Part shown: positions 37,333-44,955 of the stretch, piece by piece
How positions within the stretch are numbered: position 1 is the first letter of the stretch
Layout of the letters: each line of letters starts with the position of its first letter
Assembly (NCBI GenBank): GCA_964463375.1
Contig: CAYXBQ010000005.1
Location: 32,698 to 96,697 of the forward strand
Origin: an uncultured Ruminococcus sp.
GTDB lineage: Bacteria > Bacillota > Clostridia > Oscillospirales > CAG-272
Length of the DNA stretch: 64,000 nucleotides
Reading direction: 5' to 3'
The notes under the pieces: generated by a model
Seen by the model: only the letters and a program-made list of their open reading frames with translations
The model's database searches: none
Told to the model about the DNA's origin: nothing
Position numbers and translations under genes: made by a program

Positions 37333-37767
37333 TTACTTCACAACACCCTTCTTCAGCAGGATATTGGCATAGATAGCGCTTTCGCCGGTGACGACCACAG
37401 CATAGGCTTTCTTGGCACGATCGTAGAAGGCCTGTCTTTCCAAAAACTGGGGTTCCTGGGTGGTGTGGTTTGCTAAGATCTTTTTGTATTCGTCCCAGAT
37501 CGGGATATCTAAGTCCCGGTCGGATTCGGTCTTATCCATCAGGTATACGCAGTCTGCGTAGGTGTCCAGGGGGATCAGCTGCAAAATGGCTTCCAACAGC
37601 TCCGGTACGCCGGTGCCGTCCGAACGCAGTACGATATTGTCTTCTGCGTGGCCTACGCTATGACCGGGAAAGTTGCCGTCGGAGATGACGATCTCGTCGC
37701 CGTGACCCATCTTGGCCAGTGTGTAGATCAGTTCGGGGGATAAAATCTTCGGAATACCTTTTAACAT
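37333..37767 (-). CDS. fucU: L-fucose mutarotase (RbsD/FucU family)
   Basis: MLKGIPKILSPELIYTLAKMGHGDEIVISDGNFP. 144 aa. SD aaaggag. Confidence 0.85.
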   Translation of the reverse strand: MLKGIPKILSPELIYTLAKMGHGDEIVISDGNFPGHSVGHAEDNIVLRSDGTGVPELLEAILQLIPLDTYADCVYLMDKTESDRDLDIPIWDEYKKILANHTTQEPQFLERQAFYDRAKKAYAVVVTGESAIYANILLKKGVVK

Positions 37768-37961
37768 GGTGAGATCTCCTTTATTTGTTCAGCGATTGTT
37801 TTTGTTTCTGTATAGCAGGCGGTATTTCGCCTATACCAAAAGTATACCACAAAATTCCCGTATTGTGAAGGGGATTTTGTGAAATTTTTGTTTTTTTACA
37901 GAAAAAATGGGTGCCATGTCATCCATGTGAACTGCATGAAACAACCTGCACCCAATCGTCT

Positions 37962-38669
37962 CTATTTTCTGTTTTGCACAGCCAGCAGGAATCGAACGAA
38001 GATCCGTTCACTGATCCAGTCCGGTTCGACCTCCGGGTGCCACTGTACGCCTGCATAGAAGGGATGGTCACGCAGGGCAAAGGCCTCGATCACGCCATCC
38101 GCTGTGTGTGCCAGCATCTCTGCACCGGCGGGAATACACTTGACCGACTGGTGGTGATAGCTGTTCGTTACGATCTCTGTGGTGCCCAGTATATCTGCCA
38201 ACCAGCCGTTCACCTGCACGGTGTGGCGGGGTCTGCCGATCTCATCCTTATACAGGTGCTCCGTCAGGCAGCATTGGCTATGGATGTCCTGCCAAAGAGA
38301 ACCGCCGATGGCCACGTTCATGGACTGGATACCACGACAGATCCCGAAGGCGGGCTTGCCGTTTTCTGCCACCAGCTTGCCCAGGGTGCATTCCAGCTTA
38401 TCCCGGACGGGGGTGATACCGTCGGACAGACCGTGCTCGTTGGTCTCCCCAAAGAGGACGGGATCCAGGTCGGCACCGCCGGTGAAGAGAAAGCCGTCAA
38501 AATGCTCAGCTGCCCAGCGAAGGTAATCTTCTTCCGTATCCATGGGCAGGATCACCGGTGCCACATCGACACCACAGACCTTGCCAAAACGCAATAATGC
38601 ATCCCAGTACCGCTTTTCCAATATATCCGCTGAGCCGCTTCTACAGCAGGTCATTGCAATGGAAACCAT
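37962..38669 (-). CDS. Class-I glutamine amidotransferase-like hydrolase (gamma-glutamyl-GABA hydrolase / peptidase C26 family)
   Basis: GFLFTGGADLDP, AFGICRGIQSMNV, SYHHQSV, GVQWHPE. Confidence 0.8.
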   Translation of the reverse strand: MVSIAMTCCRSGSADILEKRYWDALLRFGKVCGVDVAPVILPMDTEEDYLRWAAEHFDGFLFTGGADLDPVLFGETNEHGLSDGITPVRDKLECTLGKLVAENGKPAFGICRGIQSMNVAIGGSLWQDIHSQCCLTEHLYKDEIGRPRHTVQVNGWLADILGTTEIVTNSYHHQSVKCIPAGAEMLAHTADGVIEAFALRDHPFYAGVQWHPEVEPDWISERIFVRFLLAVQNRK

Positions 38670-38710
38670 ATGCTCCTCCTTTGGGTTCTACAGTATTTGA
38701 TTCGATCCAA

Positions 38711-39640
38711 TTAGTCCAGCCAGATGGGGTTGGTCCATGCGTGCTTGCCGTCCTTATCGATGATGGTCATGCGCACGTACTTGTAGGGACCTGCCCAGTT
38801 TGCCAGATCGATCTCTGCGTGGGTCATCTTGCCATCGGCAGCGGTGATCTTTCTGGTGGGGTGCATATCGCTGTGCAGACGGATGGCAGCGACTTCCGAG
38901 CAGTCGATCACAGCCTTGCCGTTTTCTACATAGAAATCATAAATTTCCGGGCCGCAGGAGGAGTAGAACTTCCCTTCTTCCAGTGCCTTCAGGATGGCGT
39001 TGATGTTGTTTTCTGCATTGACCATGACCCAGCCCTTGCAGTGGTGGTGCATACCGTGGCCGTCATCGGTGGCTACGCCGTAGATGTGGATGTCCTGACC
39101 CAGCAGCTCGTCCCAGTATGCAGCGTCGGTATCCATATCGTCTTCGATCGCGCAGCCGCTGTTCCAGATCTCCATAGCGAAGTTGCCCTGCAGCTTTTCG
39201 AAGTAGCGAGCGGGGGTGCTGCTCCATTCCGGATGGCAGTAGATGGTCATGTTCTTCTTGGCGTGGATCTCGTCCAGATAGGGCTGGTAGTCTTCCTGAC
39301 CGGTGGTCTTTGCGGAATCCATGCGTTCGTCTTGGTCAAAGCCGTTGCCGTCTTCCTTAGCGGGGCCGATGCAAACGGTGTGGAAGCAACGGAAGCCGTG
39401 GTCGTGGGCAAAGGTGCCGTCGAATTCCATGCCGGGGATGATGGTCATAGGTACTTCTGGTGCGAAGTTGGTGTAGTTATAGTTGCGGTGGTCGGTCAGC
39501 GCCAGGAAGTCATAGCCGTGGTCGTAGTGATAACGGATCACTTCATCGGGTGCGCCGGCGCCGTCGGAACGCTTGGTATGGCAGTGGAGACCGCCCTTGA
39601 GCATTTTTACGTTGCCGCCGAAAGCCTGTTGTCTGATCAT
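38711..39640 (-). CDS. PHP-domain (CehA/McbA-like) metallohydrolase
   Basis: GGLHCHTKRSDGAGAPDEVIRYHYDHGYDFLALTDHRNYN, with later His-rich sites (YCHPEW, TDDGHGMHHH). Confidence 0.7.
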   Translation of the reverse strand: MIRQQAFGGNVKMLKGGLHCHTKRSDGAGAPDEVIRYHYDHGYDFLALTDHRNYNYTNFAPEVPMTIIPGMEFDGTFAHDHGFRCFHTVCIGPAKEDGNGFDQDERMDSAKTTGQEDYQPYLDEIHAKKNMTIYCHPEWSSTPARYFEKLQGNFAMEIWNSGCAIEDDMDTDAAYWDELLGQDIHIYGVATDDGHGMHHHCKGWVMVNAENNINAILKALEEGKFYSSCGPEIYDFYVENGKAVIDCSEVAAIRLHSDMHPTRKITAADGKMTHAEIDLANWAGPYKYVRMTIIDKDGKHAWTNPIWLD

Positions 39641-39813
39641 ATGATAAATACCTCATTTCTGTATACATAGGGCACCTTGCCCTGCTTATGGGTATTATAC
39701 AACCTTTTTGGCAAAATTGCAATAGCTTTTTGGGAAAATGTGGGGTGAAAAATACAGGAAGAACGATGCTGTGGGATTTGGTGATTTAGGCTGGGGAAGG
39801 AATTTTCAAAAGC

Positions 39814-39864
39814 TTGACAAAATACCGTTCCTATGGTAAAATAAGAGTACATAACCATAGGAGG
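39814..39864 (+). promoter_or_regulatory. Cassette A promoter and conserved leader
   Basis: TTGACA (39814-19), 17-nt spacer, TAAAAT (39837-42). The 15 nt AATAAGAGTACATAA are identical to cassette B, followed by the SD taggagg. Confidence 0.6.
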
Positions 39865-39873
39865 TTCGGCAAA

Positions 39874-40068
39874 ATGGAAGGTACAAAAATATACAAAAGA
39901 AAAAAATATGCACAAGTTTCATTGTTAGTGACAAAGGGGGGCAAAGAAAAAATATCGGAAAGAGCAAAAGAATTAGATATTTCTATGACTAAACTTATCA
40001 CTAGAGCTTTAGAAACCCAATACCATCTTGGTCTGATGGAAGAAGAACCGATAAACCAGCCCCGTTGA
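39874..40068 (+). CDS. Ribbon-helix-helix (Arc/CopG-like) DNA-binding protein, cassette A
   Basis: 64 aa. Beta strand AQVSLLV, helix 1 GGKEKISERAKELD, helix 2 ISMTKLITRALETQY. A weak terminator (agccc/gggct plus T5) overlaps the stop. Confidence 0.65.
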   Translation: MEGTKIYKRKKYAQVSLLVTKGGKEKISERAKELDISMTKLITRALETQYHLGLMEEEPINQPR

Positions 40069-40092
40069 GGGCTTTTTCTTTTGGAGGAAATC

Positions 40093-40281
40093 ATGCAATA
40101 CACTACAGATATGTCCATCACCTTCCTGCTGTTGGCTGTCGGCTGTGCTTACATTTCCGGCAGAATTCACTCTGTCCGGCTACACGGCGATGCAACTGTG
40201 CTGAAGCCCGCTCTCATCTTGTTCCTTGCTTTGTTTGTCGCCGGGAATATTGTCGGCATCCACGCACTGCCTACTCTGTGA
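40093..40281 (+). CDS. 62-aa two-TM hydrophobic peptide
   Basis: MQYTTDMSITFLLLAVGCAYISGRIHSVRLHGDATVLKPALILFLALFVAGNIVGIHALPTL. SD ggagga is only 4 nt upstream. Followed by hairpin gagccgtttaggctc plus a T-run. Confidence 0.45.
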   Translation: MQYTTDMSITFLLLAVGCAYISGRIHSVRLHGDATVLKPALILFLALFVAGNIVGIHALPTL

Positions 40282-40625
40282 CCCTTCGAGCCGTTTAGGC
40301 TCTATTTTTATACCCAAAATTAACTTCGAAAGGATTATAATCATGAAAACTTACACTAAGAATCGGCTGGAAGCTACGTTATACTGAAGAACATAGAATT
40401 CCCCCGAATCTGCGGATCGTATTCTCCCGCTGGGGGAATTTCCCATGTCCGAATCCCCATAACTTCCCGGAAGCTTGGGTGAAATTCAAGGACGAAGAAG
40501 TCCAACTCCCACCGAATGCTATAGAGTGTAGAGGCTTCTGCGGAGAATGCGTGCAGAGTGAACACAACTGTTGGGAAATGCGTAAAGGTAACGCCGTCTG
40601 GTTCCATCAACATTGATCATAAGCC

Positions 40626-40676
40626 TTGACAAAACGTCCCCTCTGTGATACAATAAGAGTACATAAACAGAGAGGA
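40626..40676 (+). promoter_or_regulatory. Cassette B promoter and conserved leader
   Basis: TTGACA (40626-31), 17-nt spacer, TACAAT (40649-54), then the same AATAAGAGTACATAA leader and the SD agagagg. Confidence 0.6.
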
Positions 40677-40685
40677 TGTGGTGGA

Positions 40686-40880
40686 ATGGCGTTTGATCAA
40701 AATAAGTACATCGAAGAGTATAAAAAACAAAATTATGATAGGATAAGGATTCAAGTGTATGAGGATAGCCGAAAGAAAATTAAAGAATACGCAATTAAGA
40801 ATAATGTGTCAGTATCCCAGCTCATAATCCGAGCACTTGAAAAGACGTACCTATTAGATCTGACCGGCGATCTCGATTAA
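40686..40880 (+). CDS. Ribbon-helix-helix DNA-binding protein, cassette B
   Basis: 64 aa. YDRIRIQVYEDSRKKIKEYAIKNNVSVSQLIIRALEKTY. Terminator aaagccc/gggcttt plus the shared tail TTTTTCTTTTG. Confidence 0.65.
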   Translation: MAFDQNKYIEEYKKQNYDRIRIQVYEDSRKKIKEYAIKNNVSVSQLIIRALEKTYLLDLTGDLD

Positions 40881-40948
40881 CCTTTACAAAGCCCAACAAC
40901 ATAGGGCTTTTTCTTTTGCCCAAATTTAACTTAAAGGAGAAAATAATC

Positions 40949-41080
40949 ATGACAATAAACAGAAATGGCGAAACCTATAAGCTGACCCCACAGGAGCTGT
41001 TTCAAGCCTACGAAGAACAGAAGCTACTCTTTCTTTTGGATTCATCCACACAAAAATACCGCCAGCGGATCATAGCTTGA
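40949..41080 (+). CDS. 43-aa hypothetical ORF of cassette B
   Basis: My own translation gives MTINRNGETYKLTPQELFQAYEEQKLLFLLDSSTQKYRQRIIA*. SD aaaggaga. The preceding CCCAAAtTTAACTT..AAAGGA..AATCATG block is repeated at 40312-40345 in cassette A. Confidence 0.35.
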   Translation: MTINRNGETYKLTPQELFQAYEEQKLLFLLDSSTQKYRQRIIA

Positions 41081-41106
41081 TCAGCGGACGGTATTTCCCA
41101 TTTCTA

Positions 41107-42630
41107 TTATTTTTCGTAGATCACTTCTACATTCGCCAAAGCTTCGTTCTCTTCCCCAATGGTGATGGCTTGCCAGTCGGCTTCTGTGCCGGGGTAGTAG
41201 ATCTTGGCAAGGCGGGGGCATTCGGAAAAGGCAAATTCATCGATGGCGGTGATGGGAGCCCCAAAGGATACACGCTCCAGGCTATAGCAGCAGCTGAACA
41301 GATAGCTGGGCACCTTGGTGATGCCGCTGCCCAAATGGACGGAACGCAGCGCTGTGCAGCTGTTGAAGGCACGCAGACCGATCTTGGTCACGGTATCCGG
41401 AATGGTGATCTCGGTGAGGGCGTAGCAGTTGATGAAGGTGCGGGGGCCTAAGGTGTGGATGTTTTTCCCGAAATGCACGGTGGTCAGGGCTTCGCAGTTG
41501 TAGAAGGTCTGTTCGCCCAGCACTTCCAGACAGTCGGACAGCGTGACGGTCACCAGATCCTTGCAGTTTAGGAAGAAGTTTTTGTCCAGCTCCCGGACGA
41601 TGATCCCATCCACCATGTCCGGCACCACGAATACCTCCCAGGAGCCGGTGTAGTCATCCTTACGCAGGGAGAGCACGCCGTCCTCGGTGATGGAGTACCA
41701 CGGCTCTTCGGCAGTCGTGGTCAGGTACACCTCTTCCAGACCGGTGAGCATTTGCGCCTTTTGGTAGGTGGCATCGGCGGCTTTGGCTTCGGCATCTCGG
41801 AAGGAACCCAGATCGTTGAAGATGGCGATGGCTTCGTCATAGGCGGCTTCCTCCACCAAAGATGCGGCTTTGCCATACCGGATCGAGGGGATGATCAGGG
41901 TGACAGTTAGGATCGTCAGCAGCAGCGCACCACCGATGGCGGAGAATATGGCGATCATTTTCAGCCGGTCGCTTTCCACCTTGGAGCGCGCCACGTTGGC
42001 CTTTTTGCTATGGGGATTCTTGGCTGCCTCTACATCATGGAGTCGCTTTTCTTCGGTGAGGTATGCTTCGTCAAAGTGCTTCTCCAGCCAGGCGTGTTCG
42101 GTGTGGCAGTGTCCGCAGTGGGTGGCCTCCTGTAAGTTGATCTGCCCACAGGTACAGCGCCACAGCTTGCCATCCTCAATGGTATCGGGACGGAACACCG
42201 GCTGCACCACACCGGCGCATTCCCGACAGATCTGCTCGTACAGGGGATCGGTCTGCCACAGGATCGCCTGCTCCGGCAATGCCACGGGGTCACGGCCTTC
42301 TCGTTCCCACAGGGATCCTTCCCCCTGCCACACCTGCTCTACCCGGCTTTGCACGTACACAGCTTCTGCCGGTGCGGGCACGGTCATATCCTCGGTCAGC
42401 GGCAGTGTCACGGTTTCTGTACCCACAGCGGCACGGCGGGCATCGGTGAACTGGATGGTCAGGCAGCAGCGGAGCGGTGTCTTATCGGTGCAGGGGGTCA
42501 TGTGGATGTGCAGGGTGCGCTTGCCATCTTCTTCGGTGATGGTATTTCTTTTGACTTGTACCGGGCATAGGGGGAGATATTCCTTTTGTTCCCGGTCACT
42601 GATGATCTTTTTTTCCTCTTGCTTTTCCAT
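41107..42630 (-). CDS. Single-pass membrane protein: cytoplasmic zinc-ribbon N-domain, TM, extracellular BspA-type leucine-rich repeats
   Basis: CRECAG...WRCTCGQINLQEATHCGHCH, TM MIAIFSAIGGALLLTILTVTLIIPSI. C-terminal repeats of about 23 aa follow (FLNCKDLVTVTLSDCLEVLGEQTFYNCEALTTVHFGKNIHTLGPRTFINCYALTEITIPDTVTKIGLRAFNSCTALRSVHL...). Confidence 0.75.
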   Translation of the reverse strand: MEKQEEKKIISDREQKEYLPLCPVQVKRNTITEEDGKRTLHIHMTPCTDKTPLRCCLTIQFTDARRAAVGTETVTLPLTEDMTVPAPAEAVYVQSRVEQVWQGEGSLWEREGRDPVALPEQAILWQTDPLYEQICRECAGVVQPVFRPDTIEDGKLWRCTCGQINLQEATHCGHCHTEHAWLEKHFDEAYLTEEKRLHDVEAAKNPHSKKANVARSKVESDRLKMIAIFSAIGGALLLTILTVTLIIPSIRYGKAASLVEEAAYDEAIAIFNDLGSFRDAEAKAADATYQKAQMLTGLEEVYLTTTAEEPWYSITEDGVLSLRKDDYTGSWEVFVVPDMVDGIIVRELDKNFFLNCKDLVTVTLSDCLEVLGEQTFYNCEALTTVHFGKNIHTLGPRTFINCYALTEITIPDTVTKIGLRAFNSCTALRSVHLGSGITKVPSYLFSCCYSLERVSFGAPITAIDEFAFSECPRLAKIYYPGTEADWQAITIGEENEALANVEVIYEK

Positions 42631-42772
42631 TTCTATATCCTCATGCTACAGCAGCGCTTTTCGTTTTTCTTCATTGTAGCACACTCTGCTGCCAGATTCA
42701 ACAGAAATTTGTAAATAGTCGGTATTTCTATGCAATATAGCGTTTTTACAACAGTTGTTTTGCGATTCGCAG

Positions 42773-43342
42773 CTACGCCAGTTCTCCCAGTATCGGTACC
42801 GCATCCGGGCATAGCAGGCGACAGTGCTCGTTTATGTAATAATACATCGAGCTGGGACAAAGCTTGCCGAAATGCTCGCCGGCGAAGTAGGTCTCTCGGT
42901 CTAAGGAAAGATAAAAGCCGCCGGAGGGATCCTGCCAGGCACTGCTGATCCCATTGTAGCCACTGGCACGCAGGCAGGCACAGGTGGAGAGCAGCTGGCT
43001 AAGCTCCCGGAAGCCGTAGATGATGTGGCCGCTGTAGTACCGTTTTTCCGGCTCGTATTTGCGGTATTCGGTGATGGTCCGTTCGCCGCCGGTGCGCATC
43101 CGGGGCTCCTCCCGTTTCTCCATTTTGGTCACGAACAGCTCGCATCCACCTCTGCGGCTCGGATACATCTGCACGTACACCCGGCTATGGGTCGCATCGA
43201 AGCCGCAGCTGGATTTGGCCTTTTGCAGGATCGTGCGCAGGACCCTACGGGTCTCTTGGCCATCCTGGATCGACAGGTCATCCATTTCGCCCGGTGCCAG
43301 CATGACCTTCAGCTGGGTCTCGTTGATCATGATCAGTTCCAT
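42773..43342 (-). CDS. mecA: MecA-like adaptor protein (ClpC adaptor family)
   Basis: ATG at 43342 after caggagga. N-terminus MELIMINETQLKVMLAPGEMDDL, acidic/basic linker. The C-terminal domain ends YYYINEHCRLLCPDAVPILGELA, as in MecA. Confidence 0.55.
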   Translation of the reverse strand: MELIMINETQLKVMLAPGEMDDLSIQDGQETRRVLRTILQKAKSSCGFDATHSRVYVQMYPSRRGGCELFVTKMEKREEPRMRTGGERTITEYRKYEPEKRYYSGHIIYGFRELSQLLSTCACLRASGYNGISSAWQDPSGGFYLSLDRETYFAGEHFGKLCPSSMYYYINEHCRLLCPDAVPILGELA

Positions 43343-43527
43343 CGATATTTCCTCCTGATTGCTGCGCCCGGGCATTCTATTTCGCTATGGGAAAAACGGC
43401 GGGGCAGCGCTTACTATATTATAATCCATCTGCCGGGAAAATGGTACCCCTAAATTTTTGGTAATTCTTTTGTCACAAAATGGCAACAGAAAAAGCCACC
43501 TTTCGGCAGCTTCTTTCCATACCTATT

Positions 43528-44802
43528 TCATTGTTCCATCAGCTGACGAACCGTAAGGAGCATTTGCGCTGCCTGGGCTCGGCTGACGGGAGAATCCGGG
43601 GACAATGCGCCGTCGCCTGTGCCTTGCAGGATCCCTAAGCTGTTCAAGGCATATAAAGAGGGGCTGGCCCAGGTGGGGATCGCAGAGGTATCGGCAAAGG
43701 TGGGGACCACGTCCGGGGTCTCGGCTCCTAAGATACCGTTCAGGATCACGGCAGCTTCGGCACGGGTGATGCTATCCTGGGGCCGGAAATACACTGCTCC
43801 ATCCTGCACAGTCCCTTGTATGATCCCCAGGCTATAGGCACGCTGGACGTATCCGGTGGCGGTGGGGGTGATGCTGGCGTTGTCGGCAAAGACGGTGGTA
43901 CAGGGGGCTATGTCTCCGGCTCCCAATGCTTTCATGACGGTCATGAGATAGGCTTCTCTGGTGATGTTTTCATCCGGGTGAAAGTACACCTGACCGCCTT
44001 CGGCATATACGTCCATGGCCGTTTCTGCCACCATGACCAAGGCGGCGTTCTGGGCCCAATGGGTCTGCATATCCGCTAAGACCACCTGACAAGCCGGTTC
44101 GTCGATGGATACCTCCATGGTTTGCACAGGTGAATAGTTGCCGTAGCTGTCTCGTACCCGGTAGGTGAAGCTGTCGGAGCCGATCATGCCATCGTAGGGG
44201 GTATATTGGTAGCTGCCGGTGGCGGTATTGGTCAGGGTGACAAGGCCATGCTGGGGATAGGACACGATCTCGTAGGTCAGTGCATCTCCTTCGGGATCCG
44301 AACCGGGCAGTGTGCCCCAGGTGGTGATGTTCTGTTGGGTCCATGCGGATACGGGAACGGTGTCGGTGGTGGGAGACTGGTTGACGGTTTGGGTGAAGCG
44401 TATGGCGCAGTTGTGGCTATAGGCGTTGTCTCCTCGGAAGCGGAAGGAAGAGGAAGTGCAGTCTCCGTGGGGGACAAAGCGCAGCAGAGACACATTGCGG
44501 ATCTGGATCTCCTGATTTACAGCCACTGGCAGGGTGCCAAAGTACAGGGTACCATCTCGTGCGGGGGGCAGGGATGTGATCGTGATGGTGTGTGGTGTAT
44601 AGCCGATGGCATTGGCAAAATCGGTGGTGGTGAACGGGATCTCGGTGGCACAAAGTCCTGTTTGGATCATGTCGCAGGCGTTGGACAGGCATTCCAGACC
44701 CGGTGTCAGCACGATGTTGCCAAGGGCGGCGGTGGATGTGGTCATGCCGGTGAGCAGTAAAGTGGCGAAGATGGCGGATAGAGAGCGTTTGTTTTGTCGC
44801 AT
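43528..44802 (-). CDS. Secreted cadherin/Ig-like domain protein with SLH domains
   Basis: Signal peptide present. DPEGDALTYEIVSYPQHGLVTLTNTATGSYQYTPYDGMIGSDSFTYRVRDSYGNYS is a Big_9/VCBS-type block. SLH repeats follow (ITREAYLMTVMKAL, ITRAEAAVILNGIL, VSRAQAAQMLLTV). Confidence 0.75.
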   Translation of the reverse strand: MRQNKRSLSAIFATLLLTGMTTSTAALGNIVLTPGLECLSNACDMIQTGLCATEIPFTTTDFANAIGYTPHTITITSLPPARDGTLYFGTLPVAVNQEIQIRNVSLLRFVPHGDCTSSSFRFRGDNAYSHNCAIRFTQTVNQSPTTDTVPVSAWTQQNITTWGTLPGSDPEGDALTYEIVSYPQHGLVTLTNTATGSYQYTPYDGMIGSDSFTYRVRDSYGNYSPVQTMEVSIDEPACQVVLADMQTHWAQNAALVMVAETAMDVYAEGGQVYFHPDENITREAYLMTVMKALGAGDIAPCTTVFADNASITPTATGYVQRAYSLGIIQGTVQDGAVYFRPQDSITRAEAAVILNGILGAETPDVVPTFADTSAIPTWASPSLYALNSLGILQGTGDGALSPDSPVSRAQAAQMLLTVRQLMEQ

Positions 44803-44955
44803 AGGGCAGTTCTCCTTTGGTGAATGGTATAGAATGGTATATATGCACAGAAATCTGTGGGAATCACAGGTGGATTCTATTTACAATTTAGGTCTTGTCA
44901 AACGGGGAAAAAAGGTGTATAATTATTGCATACCATATCAAAGAGGTGTAAACAT

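Larger units (their letters stand above)
39800..41100. mobile_element. AT-richer islet, possibly a decayed plasmid/ICE-derived fragment, carrying two tandem RHH cassettes
   Basis: Composition and codon style visibly differ from the flanks. All ORFs are below 70 aa. The promoter/leader/terminator modules are duplicated. No integrase or relaxase is present. Confidence 0.35.

Noticed and set aside
39813-41060. Short repeats flanking the RHH islet as possible att/IR ends: ACAAAATACCG at 39817 versus ACAAAAATACCG at 41049, and an inverted AAATACCGT(T)CC.
   Set aside because: They match over only ~11 nt with an indel, and the left copy is part of the promoter spacer. This is well within chance expectation for a 1.3-kb AT-rich tract.
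44803-44955. A T-box or other leader upstream of ilvE.
   Set aside because: The 153-bp region is too short for a T-box, and I could find no specifier loop or T-box consensus.
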